Assembly: GCA_950097015.1 (NCBI GenBank)
Contig: CATNEN010000038.1
Span: forward strand, 32,922,001 to 32,986,000
Direction of reading: 5' to 3'
From: Macrostomum hystrix
Lineage: Eukaryota; Animalia; Platyhelminthes
Length of the DNA: 64,000 nt
Positions 37,813 to 49,500 of this stretch are shown here, in pieces. The position numbers and the translations under genes are program-made. Within the stretch, counting starts at the first letter, position 1. Every line of letters begins with the position of its first letter. The notes under the pieces were generated by a model. The model searched no databases, was not told the origin of the DNA, and saw nothing but the letters and a program-made list of their open reading frames with translations.

Positions 37813-40800
37813 GTGGATCTAAAGCCGACGTCAACCGGCAGTCCGCCGACCCTTCTGAGCACACCCGCTGGCAATCCGTGCATGCGGCACTGGCACCGGT
37901 CGCTCTACGACTACTTCGCCTGCATCAACGACACCAGCTACTTGGACATGCTGAAGCAGTTTCGCAGCAACATAGCAGCGTCGAGGGGTCGCGAGGTGCC
38001 AGTATTCGCCAGCATCATCAGCATCTACTGCCTGTTCATCCTGTTCGGCGTGTTCGGCAACGGCATGGTCATCCTCACTGTCTGGCGCAACAGGGCTATG
38101 AGAAATGCAAGAAATATTTTCATACTGAACCTGGCTATTTCCGACTTCATCCTGTGCACAGTGACTCAACCGTTAAACATTATGCGCCTATTTCCCAGCT
38201 TCATCAGCTGGGAGTTTGGAAGGCTGCTGTGCAAAGTGGTCAACACCCTGACTGGCTTGAATATGTTTGTGTCGACATTTTCAATTACGGCTATCGCACT
38301 CGATCGCTTCCAGGTGAATGCTTTAAGATCTGCGCTCTGAATTGCAACTCTCTCATCCTGAGGATGGCAAGTGTCCATCAACTCTCACTTCTTGAGTTGG
38401 GCTAGGGTCTATCAACTCTCACATCCTGAGGTTAGCTAGTGTCTATCAACTCTCACATCCTGAGGTTGGCTAGTGTCTATCAACTCTCACCTCCTGAGGT
38501 TGGCTAGTGTCTATCAACTCTCACATCCTGAGGTTGGCTAGTGTCCATCAACTCTCACTTCTTGAGTTGGGCTAGGGTCTATCAACTCTCACATCCTGAG
38601 GTTAGCTAGTGTCTATCAACTTTCACATCCTGAGGTTGGCTAGTGTCCATCAACTCTCACTTCTTGAGTTGGGCTAGGGTCTATCAACTCTCACATCCTG
38701 AGGTTAGCTAGTGTCTATCAACTCTCACATCCTGAGGTTGGCTAGTGTCTATCAACTCTCACCTCCTGAGGTTGGCTAGTGTCTATCAACTCTCACCTCC
38801 TGAGGTTGGCTAGTGTCTATCAACTCTCACCTCCTGAGGTTGGCTAGTGTCTATCAACTCTCACCTCCTGAGGTTAGCTAGTGTCTATCAACTCTCACAT
38901 TCTGATGTTGGCTAGTGTCTATCAACTCTCACCTCCTGAGGTTGGCTAGTGTCTATCAACTCTCACATCCTGAGGTTGGCTAGTGTCTATCAACTCTCAC
39001 CTCCTGAGGTTAGCTAGTGTCTATCAACTCTCACCTCCTGAGGTTGGCTAGTGTCCATCAACTCTCACCTCCTGAGGTTAGCTAGTGTCTATCAACTCTC
39101 ACCTCCTGAGGTTAGCTAGTGTCTATCAACTCTCACCTCCTGAGGTTGGCTAGTGTCCATCAACTCTCACCTCCTGAGGTTAGCTAGTGTCTATCAACTC
39201 TCACCTCCTGAGGTTAGCTAGTGTCTATCAACTCTCACCTCCTGAGGTTAGCTAGTGTCTATCAACTCTCACCTCCTGAGGTTAGCTAGTGTCTATCAAC
39301 TCTCACATTCTGATGTTGGCTAGTGTCTATCAACTCTCACCTCCTGAGGTTGGCTAGTGTCTATCAACTCTCACATTCTGATGTTGGCTAGTGTCTATCA
39401 ACTCTCACCTCCTGAGGTTGGCTAGTGTCTATCAACTCTCACATCCTGAGGTTGGCTAGTGTCTATCAACTCTCACCTCCTGAGGTTAGCTAGTGTCTAT
39501 CAACTCTCACATCCTGAGGTTGGCTAGTGTCTATCAACTCTCACATCCTGAGGTTGGCTAGTGTCTATCAACTCTCACATCCTGAGGTTGGCTAGTGTCT
39601 ATCAACTCTCACATTCTGATGTTGGCTAGTGTCTATCAACTCTCACCTCCTGAGGTTGGCTAGTGTCTATCAACTCTCACATTCTGATGTTGGCTAGTGT
39701 CTATCTACTCTCAGCTCCCGAGGTTGCTTGTTTATCTACTCTCACGTCTTTAATTCGGCTGTCCAGAAACATTCTCGTCCTGGTGTGGACTTTCTATCGA
39801 ATCACATGCCCCACCAGACCGCAAAACACTGAAGTACGCAACCAATCGCTCACCCATTGATCACAATCGTAGGTGATCGTTTATCCAACCAGAACCCACA
39901 TGAGTCGTCACGCCATGGGCCTCTGCCTGGCTGCCATCTGGGGCTCCGCGGGCCTGATGGCCAGCCCGCTGGCTCTATTCGCCGACATTCGCCAGCACCC
40001 GATCAACCTAGGCGGCATCGACGGTCGAGTGAGCACAATATGCAGCGAGATCACAACAAGAATCTTTGTGAAATATGCTAAACTGGCTTACAGCAGTGGG
40101 GTATTGGTGGTGCAGTATCTGGTACCCTTGGGCATTGTGGTGGCTGCGTACACCAGGATCTGTGTCCGGCTGCGCCACCGGATGCTCAGCTTACGTCAGG
40201 AGGGTCAGCGGGCGCGTCAGCCACTGTCGGCCTATCAGCAGAGCCGTCAGGAGGCCGAAGCTCTCAGGCAGAGGCGAGCAAATCGACTCCTAGTAACGAT
40301 AGCGATTGTGTTCTGTCTATCCTGGCTGCCGCTGACCATAGTGAACATTGTGCACGACTTGCGAGTGCTCAAAGTCAAAGAGGAGTTTGAGCGCGAGAGC
40401 GAATTATTCAACCAACCGGCGAGGCCGGAGCAGTTCGCGAGACCGACCGTTGGCGGCGGCAACGCGACTGCAGTGTTCAGATCTGTCGGTGGAGCCGTTC
40501 GCTCTGGCGGTGGCGGCGGTAGCGCCAGCAGCAGAGAGTCCACTCTAACCATTGCAGCATCTCAGAGCATTCCGCTGCTGCTGGTCCTGGTGTCGGCCTG
40601 CTTAAATCCGGTCTTCTACGGCTGGTTCAACGAGAACTTCCAGGCGGAGTTCTACCGGCTGCTCTGTCTCAACCGTCTGGCTAGAGCCGGACCAAGATTT
40701 CATGCCAGCAACGGGTCCGGCCAGCAGCAGGAGTTGGAACTGTTGGAACAGGGACAGCTGCATCAGAGGCAGACTGAAAGACAGAGGCGACCTTCTCCGA

Positions 40801-40898
40801 GGTCTGCAGAAGTGTCGATTCCTCTGATAGTCTTGTCGCAGGTCAGCAATCAGGAAGCCGATTTGGACTCCATTGTTCCGGCGGATAAAGAGGCTTAA
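37813..40898 (+). CDS. Class A neuropeptide GPCR, NPF/NPY-receptor-like; exons 37813-38313 and 39873-40898; start uncertain (ATG at 35066-35068 on an upstream exon, or in-frame ATG 37882)
   Basis: Motifs GVFGNGMV (TM1), NIFILNLAISD (TM2), WEFGRLLCK, IALDRFQ|VIVYP (TM3, phase-0 intron cag|gtgaat...tag|GTG), QYLVP (TM5), FCLSWLPL (TM6), SACLNPVFYGWFNENF (TM7). YGWxNxNF is typical of NPF/sNPF/PrRP-type receptors. Confidence 0.9.
38345..39745. repeat. 34-bp intronic minisatellite CAACTCTCAC(C/A)TCCTGAGGTT(G/A)GCTAGTGTCTAT
   Basis: About 40 copies filling most of the GPCR intron 38314-39872. Confidence 0.97.
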
Positions 40899-40944
40899 CT
40901 AGAAACTGGCGACAACGATGTTTTTCTCGACTTGTACCCTTATA

Positions 40945-41790
40945 TTAGCTGTGAAATCTTCATTTGGCTGTTGTGTCACACCTGTGTGAAATCCTCAGTT
41001 GGCCGTTGTGCATACCTGTGTGTAATCCTCAGTTGGCCGTTGTGCATACCTGTGTGAAATCCTCAGTTGGCCGTTGTGTCATACCTGTGTGTAATCCTCA
41101 GTTGGCCGTTGTGCATACCTGTGTGTAATCCTCAGTTGGCCGTTGTGCATACCTGTGTGAAATCCTCAGTTGGCCGTTGTGTCATACCTGTGTGTAATCC
41201 TCAGTTGGCCGTTGTGCATACCTGTGTGTAATCCTCTGTTGGCCGTTGTGCATACCTGTGTGTAATCCTCAGTTGGCTGTTGTGTCATACCTGTGTGTAA
41301 TCCTCAGTTGACTGTTGTGTCATACCTGTGTGTAATCCTCAGTTGACTGTTGTGTCATACCTGTGTGTAATTCTCAGTTGGCCGTTGTGCATACCTGTGT
41401 GTAATCCCCAGTTGGCCGTTGTGCATACCTGTGTGTAATCCTCAGTTGACTGTTGTGTCATACCTGTGTGTAATCCTCAGTTGACTGTTGTGTCATACCT
41501 TTGTGTAATCCTCAGTTGACTGTTGTGTCATACCTGTGTGTAATCCTCAGTTGACTGTTGTGTCATACCTGTGTGAAATTCTCAGTTGGCCGTTGTGCAT
41601 ACCTGTGTGTAATCCTCTGTTGGCTGTTGTGTCATACCTGTGTGTAATCCTCAGTTGGCTGTTGTGCATACCTGTGTGTAATCCTCTGTTGGCCGTTGTG
41701 CATACCTGTGTGTAATCCTCAGTTGACTGTTGTGTCATACCTGTGTGTAATCCTCAGTTGACAATAGTAAAACCTGTGGAATCCCCAGAA
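40945..41790. repeat. 34/36-bp minisatellite CCTGTGTGTAATCCTCAGTTG(GCC/ACT)GTTGTG(T)CATA
   Basis: About 23 copies beginning ~50 nt after the GPCR stop codon. Confidence 0.96.
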
Positions 41791-42209
41791 GCGCAAATAG
41801 TTCATCTAATACCATCAGTAGGGTTTCGTTGTACATACTTTATAGGCTTCATATGTACATATTCCTCGTTAGAGCTACTTACAACTAAGCACATGTGTAC
41901 TAATTCTATTCTTTAAGCACAAAACCAATGTACAATGCTTCATGCTTGCTTATGAATTTACTTTTTAAATCTGTGATTTTATTTGCGTATAAGCCTGTAC
42001 ACAGCGGCGAGCGCAGTTACATTATTCAAAGTAAGCAACAAAATAAATGTGGTCTTTGTCTTTGCATCTCCATACGTATTTTTACTGATAAATGTATATT
42101 TTGTCTAACAGTGCAATGTTTGTCACTTTTTTCGTTATATTACATTAAGCTAGGCGTGTGAAGTGAAACATACAGTTAATCATCATTGATTACACCTGTC
42201 CTAGCTATT

Positions 42210-42390
42210 GCGCGGAGTCCACGGACTGGGGGGACGTCACACCCACCTTCAATTACACCAGCTAATGCAGGTTGAACTGAAACAATGCAGAGTTAAGTGT
42301 CTTGCTAAAAAAATTGTTCCAGTGGAGTCGGGAATCGAACCCCCCAACCTTCATGTGGTGAGTCCGACCCTTTAACCACCTGGATAAAAC
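42210..42390 (-). mobile_element. tRNA-derived CORE-like SINE (family A)
   Basis: Minus-strand B box GGTTCGATTCCCGACTCC followed by AGCAAGACACTTAACTCTGC; homologous to 62520-62820. Confidence 0.82.
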
Positions 42391-43030
42391 TCTATGGACT
42401 AAACTTAACTGAACTGAAGCTCACTGAAACTTAACTGAGCTGATCTTAAGCTCTAAACAATAGTCTTCAAACTACCTAACCCTTATTAAAGTAACGAATG
42501 AAGAAGAAGTCATAAACAGTTTAATTTACAAGTTATTCAGAAAACGCGAGAAGCAATCGTTTTATTAACTTTATAATGTTTTTATCCATTTAGAAAATAC
42601 GGACCAAAGCTTTAGGGCACATTTCATCGATTTGATGTACCGTACGGAAGAGACTAGGCTCTTTAACTAGGCTAAAGAACATAGACAATAGTTAGCTAGA
42701 AGTAATTTAAATCGTTCTCGTTACGTTTTTATAAACTAACTAAGGCGAAAAATGAAAGTGCAGCAAAAACATAAGACATTAAAACCGAATTGTTAACTTT
42801 TCATAGTTAGCACTACTTTTACACTACTGACTTCAGTAGGCTAAATAGAATAATATCAACTATTTTTTCGCTTCTTTTGTTTCGAAAACCAAAGTGACAT
42901 TTAAAGCTGATTGTTGACTCTTAAACCCATTTGTTTGATCTCTGTCGTTTTAGTACTTATTTTTATATTATTAAACAATATGTCTAGTTAAAGATCAATT
43001 TAAATGACTGAATGAAGTTCAAAATATTAA

Positions 43031-43250
43031 AATACATCATCCACAGTTGAATGACGTCATCCACAATTTAATGACGTCATCCGCAGTTGAATGACGTCAT
43101 CCACAGTTGAATGATGTCATCCACGGTTAAATGACGTCATCCACAGTTGAATAACATCATCCACAATTGAATGACGCCATGTACAGTTAAATATACGATT
43201 GACTATTAACCGATATTATCTACGAGTACAACTGGATGACGTCATTAAAA
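43031..43250. repeat. 20-bp tandem repeat ATGACGTCATCCACAGTTGA (8 copies) plus one inverted partial copy
   Basis: Perfect ATGACGTCAT palindromes at 43051, 43071, 43091, 43131 and 43236. Confidence 0.92.
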
Positions 43251-43596
43251 AATTATAGATTCATTTTCTAACTAATATGATATTACCCGCGAAGGAATGA
43301 CGTAATTAAGCGGGTATAATTACTCGAAGCAAAACTAAACTTGTCTTTCCCAAGAAAATAATTGAACCAGTCAAACCTAGACATAAAAAACAGTTCTTAT
43401 TAACCACAAAAGTAGCAAAACTATTGTCGACATAATTATAAAACCCAACGCTTTAAAGAACATAATCTGGTAAGCAGATAACGGAACTAATTGAATGATG
43501 GCATCACAAGAAATGTTACCAATGTTATATTTATCCTAGATCTATAGTCTTTATTAAAGTAAAATTTAGGGAAAATTCTAGCTCGCATCAAATCAA

Positions 43597-46500
43597 TCAA
43601 TCAGATCCCATATCCAGTGACGGCAGTCGGTGTTGAGTAGCCGCATCCAGGCCCATGGCTGCGGCCAGTGAGCACAGGGCATCGGCGGTCTGCTTGGCCT
43701 CAAGATGGGCTCGAGTCTCGCGAATCCAATCGTCTGCTAGGAGGCGCGCTAGGCCGGGTAGGCGGGCCATGGCCCTCACGGCCGTCTCCAAGTCGCCTCG
43801 TTCTCTAATGGCCGACTCGGCGGTGTCCAGCCAGTCGAATAGGCTGGGCGGATTCTCGGGATCAACGGGATCTTCAGGTTTGAGCGGCTTGGAGGCTCGG
43901 CGGAGCATCAGGGCTGCCTGGAATGGAATGGAAACAGATACAAGGGAGACTGCTCAGGCTCTGAGATTCAGATGGCTCAGGCTCTGAGATTCAGATGGCT
44001 CAGGCTCTGAGATTCAGATGGCTCAGGCTCTGAGATTCAGATGGTTCAGGCTCTGAGATTCAGATGGTTCAGGCTCTGAGATTCAGATGGTTCAGGGTCT
44101 GAGATTCAGATGATTCAGGCTCTGAGATTCAGATGATTCAGGCTCTGAGATTCAAACAGTTCAGGCTCTGAGATTAAAATAGTTCAGGCTCTGAGATTCA
44201 AATAGTTTAGGCTTTGAGATTCAGATGGTTCAGGCTCTGAGATTCAAATAGTTTAGGCTTTGAGATTCAGATGGTTCAGGCTCTGAGATTCAAATAGTTT
44301 AGGCTTTGAGATTCAGATGGTTCAGGCTCTGAGATTCAAATAGTTTAGGCTTTGAGATTAAAATAGTTCAGGCTCTGAGATTCAAATAGTTTAGGCTTTG
44401 AGATTCAGATGGTTCAGGCTCTGAGATTCAGATGGTTCAGTGTCTGAGATTCAAATAGTTCAGGCTCTGAGATTCAGATGGTTCAGGCTCTGAGATTCAA
44501 ATAGTTCAGGCTCTGAGATTCAGATGGTTCAGTGTCTGAGATTCAAATAGTTCAGGCTCTGAGATTCAGATGGTTCAGTGTCTGAGATTCAAATAGTTCA
44601 GGCTCTGAGATTCAGATGGTTCAGTGTCTGAGATTCAGATGGTTCAGGCTCTGAGATTCAGATGGTTCAGGCTCTGAGATTCAGATGGTTCAGTGTCTGA
44701 GATTCAGATGGTTCAGGCTCTGAGATTCAGGTGGTTCAGTGTCTGAGATTCAAATAGTTCAGGCTCTGAGATTCAGATGGTTCAGGCTCTGAGATTCAAA
44801 TAGTTCAGGCTCTGAGATTCAGATGGTTCAGTGTCTGAGATTCAGATGGCTCAGGCTCTGAGATTCAGATGAGACTCACGTTATCCTAAGGATTCAAATA
44901 GGATAAAAACTAGGGATCGTGCCTCACCTGGACACGGCTAACCAGATGCAGCCAAAGGCTTCCACCGGTCTCTGGCACCAGGGCCACCTTGGCGCAGGCC
45001 TGTCTGACCCGACCAAACCGAGCCACAATGGCCTCCTCGCTGGACACAGTCGCGTGCAACGGCAGGGCGGCCGACAGAGCTTTGGCGGCATCGTCCTGGC
45101 CTAGCCGGCTGGCCAGAGCCAGTGTGGCTTCCAGTGGGACGCGAAAATTCCTGCCGGCGGACACGGCGTCGCGCAGACTGTGCGCAGCCAGCCACAGCTG
45201 CTGGGCACGCTGGGCGCTCTCCAGAGCCTCGGCGCGGCCTTCGACAGCCGATTCAACTCCGCGCACTCGAGCGGTCCAGCCCTGGAAATATGTGAGATTT
45301 GGGAATAGGTTAGATTTTGAAATAGGTGAGATTTGGGAATAGGTGAGTGTTGAGAATATGTGAGATTGGAATAGGTTAGATTTTGAAATAGGTGAGATTT
45401 GGGAATAGGTGAGAGTTGAGAATATGTGAGATTTTAGGAATATGTGAGATTTGGGAATATATGCGATTTAGGACAGGTGAGATTTAGGGCAGGTGGTATT
45501 TAGGATAGGTGAGATTTGGTGCGGGTGAGATTTAGGGCAGGTGAGATATAGGGTAGTTGGGATTTAGGATAGGTGAGAGTTGGTGAGGGTGAGATTTAGG
45601 GTGGGTGAGATTTAGGATAGGTGAGAGTTGGTGAGGGTGAGATTTTGTGCAGATGATAATTGGAGTGTGTGAGATTTTAGGAGGTTGAGATTTACTGCAG
45701 GTGATATTTAGAGCTACAATTCTGTTGGATGAGATTTAGGCTGTTGAGAATTGGGGTGGTTAAGATTTAGAGATAAATGTCGGGTAGGTGAGAATAAGGA
45801 TTTATGAGACTTTAATTGAGAGAGATATCGGGTAAGTAAGATTTAGGGTAAGTGAGATTTTGATGGGTGAGATTTTGGGTAGGTGAGGTTTGGGCGGGTG
45901 AGATTTAGGTTGGGTGAGATTTGGACGGGTGAGATTTAGGTTGGGTGAGATTTGGACGGGTGAGATTTAGGATGGGTGAGATTTAGGACGGGTGAGATTT
46001 AGGACGGGTGAGATTTAGGATGGGTGAGATTTGGGATGGGTGAGATTTAGGATGGGTGAGATTTGGGATGGGTGAGATTTGGGATGGGTGAGATTTAGGA
46101 CGGGTGAGATTTGGGATGGGTGAGATTTAGGATGGGTGAGATTTGGGATGGGTGAGATTTTGGATGGGTGAGATTTAGGACGGGTGAGATTTAGGATGGG
46201 TGAGATTTGGGATGGGTGAGATTTAGGATGGGTGAGATTTAGGATGGGTGAGATTTAGGATGGGTGAGATTTAGGATGGGTGAGTTTCTGGATCAAAGCT
46301 AACAACAAATTGCAGTTTGCGAGCCAAATTTACCTGCAACGCAGCTTCAAACTCTTCGTGCTCTTTAAGCAGGGCGGCTCGCAGCTCGGCCTGATGCTCC
46401 CTAGTCAGCTGATCGCGCAGGGTGCGAGTCAGCTGGGTCACGTGACTAGTGTGAGCCGCCGCCTGTCTGCTCAACTCGTGCTGCAACTCCAGTTCCCAGG

Positions 46501-49500
46501 TCTCGCGCAACTGTTGGGTCTGGAGTTTTAAGGATGACACAAAAATAACAATAAAAGTTGCAGGAGGCCTGCAGGCAATGGCTGATTCGCTGATTCGGTG
46601 ATTCTGCCCATTTGACGCTGACTCCTGAGCACATCCGCTCACACAGGTGTGTACATCTGCCTCCGACTTCGCGGCTGCGCCCCAAAACTAAATGTGGCCT
46701 CGCCGCGGAATCGAGCTCAGGGACCTTGGTGCCAGAGGCAAACGCGTTAACCGCCCTGCCACTCACCCCTCAGTACGATACATCTATATTCCCATAATTA
46801 TTATTAGAAGAGCAATAAACAACAGGGACGACACCAACCAGCTTCCTCTTCTCCTCCTCCCACTGCAGCATCTGGTGTTTGAGCTCGCGTTCAACCGCAG
46901 CCTCGGTGTGCGCGGCCCCAGCAGCGGAGCTCTTGTCCACCACCTGTTGGACTAGCTGGCGTTCCCGGTCCTCGAATTCGTCCACCTGCTTCTGCAGCGC
47001 CAGAATCTTCGAGTGGGCGTGCGCAATCAACAGCTGCAAATCCTCGCGGCTCAGGTCGGCATCTGCGGGATTCCGATGGGAAGGGATCGGGAAAATCTTT
47101 GCCTTCTCCTCTCTTTACTCTATTTAAAAAATCCTATTCTTGTTTGGTTCTTAAAGCTCTTCAAAGCTTCAGAATTACTTAAATTTTGTTCTCACTCTTT
47201 TTTGAAATCGCTCTGGTTCCTACCTTTCTTCTCACCCTTATCCTTCTCTCGTTCTCACCCTTCCCTCGTCTCGTTCTCAGCCTTTTTCTCCTCTCGTTCT
47301 CACCTTTATCCTACCTCTCGTTCTCACCTTTATCCTACCTCTCGTTCTCACCTTTCTCCTACCTCTCATTCTCACCTTTATCCTCCTCTCATTCCCACCT
47401 TTCTCCTACCTCTCGTTCTCTCCTTTCTCCTACCTCTCATTCTCACCTTTATCCTCCTCTCGTTCTCACCTTTATCTTACCTCTCATTCTCACCTTTTTC
47501 CTACCTCTCGTTCTCACCTTTTTCCTACCTCTCGTTCTCACCTTCATCCTACCTCTCGTTCTCACCTTTATCCTACCTCTCATTCACCTTTATCCTACCT
47601 CTCGTTCTCACCTTTATCCTCCTCTCGTTCTCACCTTTATCCTCCTCTCGTTCTCACCTTCATCCTACCTCTCGTTCTTACCTTTTTCCTACCTCTCGTT
47701 CTCACCTTTTTCCTACCTCTCGTTCTCACCTTCATCCTACCTCTCGTTCTTACCTTTATCCTATCTCTCGTTCTTACCTCCTCCACACTCTCCAACCCCA
47801 GCGCTCAACAAAAATCTCACCGGGGCTTCGCTTATCCAAAGGCAGCAGGTTTTCAACTTCAGAGCGCAGCAACTGCTGCTGCTTGTCTGCTTCAACTTTG
47901 TACTCGGAGAGAATGCGAGACTCCGATTCGGCTCGCTCAGTCTTAAAGTACAAAAAAGGTGAATAAATAAAAATATGCATTTACGAGCAAAAGCAAACAA
48001 ACATTTAAGTACTGATTTTAGGTGCTCACATTAGCCCTGATGCTATCCAATTCAAATGCAAAATGTTTGTAGTCCGAGAGGCCAGATTTGGCGATCGTCG
48101 AATTTTGCACTTTTGGATCGTCCAGAGCCGATTTGAACTGAGCTAGAAGCTGCCTGAATAGTGCAATATGCAAATGGCACGGTATACTTTTAATCTCTCA
48201 GGTGAGAGTGCTCTCACCTGGGGATCTGGGAGAGTGCTCTCACCTGGGGATCTGGGAGAGTGCTCTCACCTGGGGATCTGGGAGAGTGCTCTCACCTGGG
48301 GATCTGGGAGAGTGCTCTCACCTGGGGATCTGGGAGAGTGCTCTCACCTGGGGATCTGGGAGAGTGCTCTCATCTGGGGATCTGGGAGAGTGCTCTCATC
48401 TGGGGATCTGGGAGAGTGCTCTCACCTGGGGATCTGGGAGAGTGCTCTCACCTGGGGATCTGGGAGAGTGCTCTCACCTGGGGATCTGGGAGAGTGCTCT
48501 CATCTGGGGATCTGGGAGAGTGCTCTCATCTGGGGATCTGGGAGAGTGCTCTCATCTGGGGATCTGGGAGAGTGCTCTCATCTGGGGATCTGGGAGAGTG
48601 CTCTCACCTGGGGATCTGGGAGAGTGCTCTCACCTGGGGATCTGGGAGAGTGCTCTCACCTGGGGATCTGGGAGAGTGCTCTCACCTGGGGATCTGGGAG
48701 AGTGCTCTCACCTGGGGATCTGGGAGAGTGCTCTCATCTGGGGATCTGGGAGAGTGCTCTCACCTGGGGATCTGGGAGAGTGCTCTCATCTGGGGATCTG
48801 GGAGAGTGCTCTCACCTGGGGATCTGGGAGAGTGCTCTCACCTGGGGATCTGGGAGAGTGCTCTCATCTGGGGATCTGGGAGAGTGCTCTCACCTGGGGA
48901 TCTGGGAGAGTGCTCTCACCTGGGGATCTGGGAGAGTGCTCTCATCTGGGGATCTGGGAGAGTGCTCTCATCTGGGGATCTGGGAGAGTGCTCTCATCTG
49001 GGGATCTGGGAGAGTGCTCTCATCTGGGGATCTGGGAGAGTGCTCTCATCTGGGGATCTGGGAGAGTGCTCTCACCTGGGGATCTGGGAGAGTGCTCTCA
49101 CCTGGGGATCTGGGAGAGTGCTCTCACCTGGGGATCTGGGAGAGTGCTCTGGTATATTGGTATACCTGGTATATTGTAGAACGCATTCCATATTCTGGGT
49201 ATGTGGGAGAGGTGATAACGAATTTTGGCGCAAAAAAAGTGATGCAACTTACTCGGCTTTCACATTAGCCTCCTTGGCCGCAGTCAAAGCTTCAGTTTTG
49301 GCAGACTGAGCAGATTTCACCTGGGCCCACTCTGAATCAGCCTTGCTAGCCATCGCCTGTTTCAATTGTTGACTATGCTGGCGAACTTTAGTTTCGGCCG
49401 CGATGCCCTTGGCAACGGCCGATTCCATGGCTTCGCTGAGTGATTTTCTAAGGTTGGCGAGTTGGGCCAACTGCTCGGCATTGCCAGCCGGCTTCTTGAC

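Noticed and set aside
47013-49309. Plus-strand ORFs of 258-366 aa
   Set aside because: Antisense readings of MIC60 intronic minisatellites.
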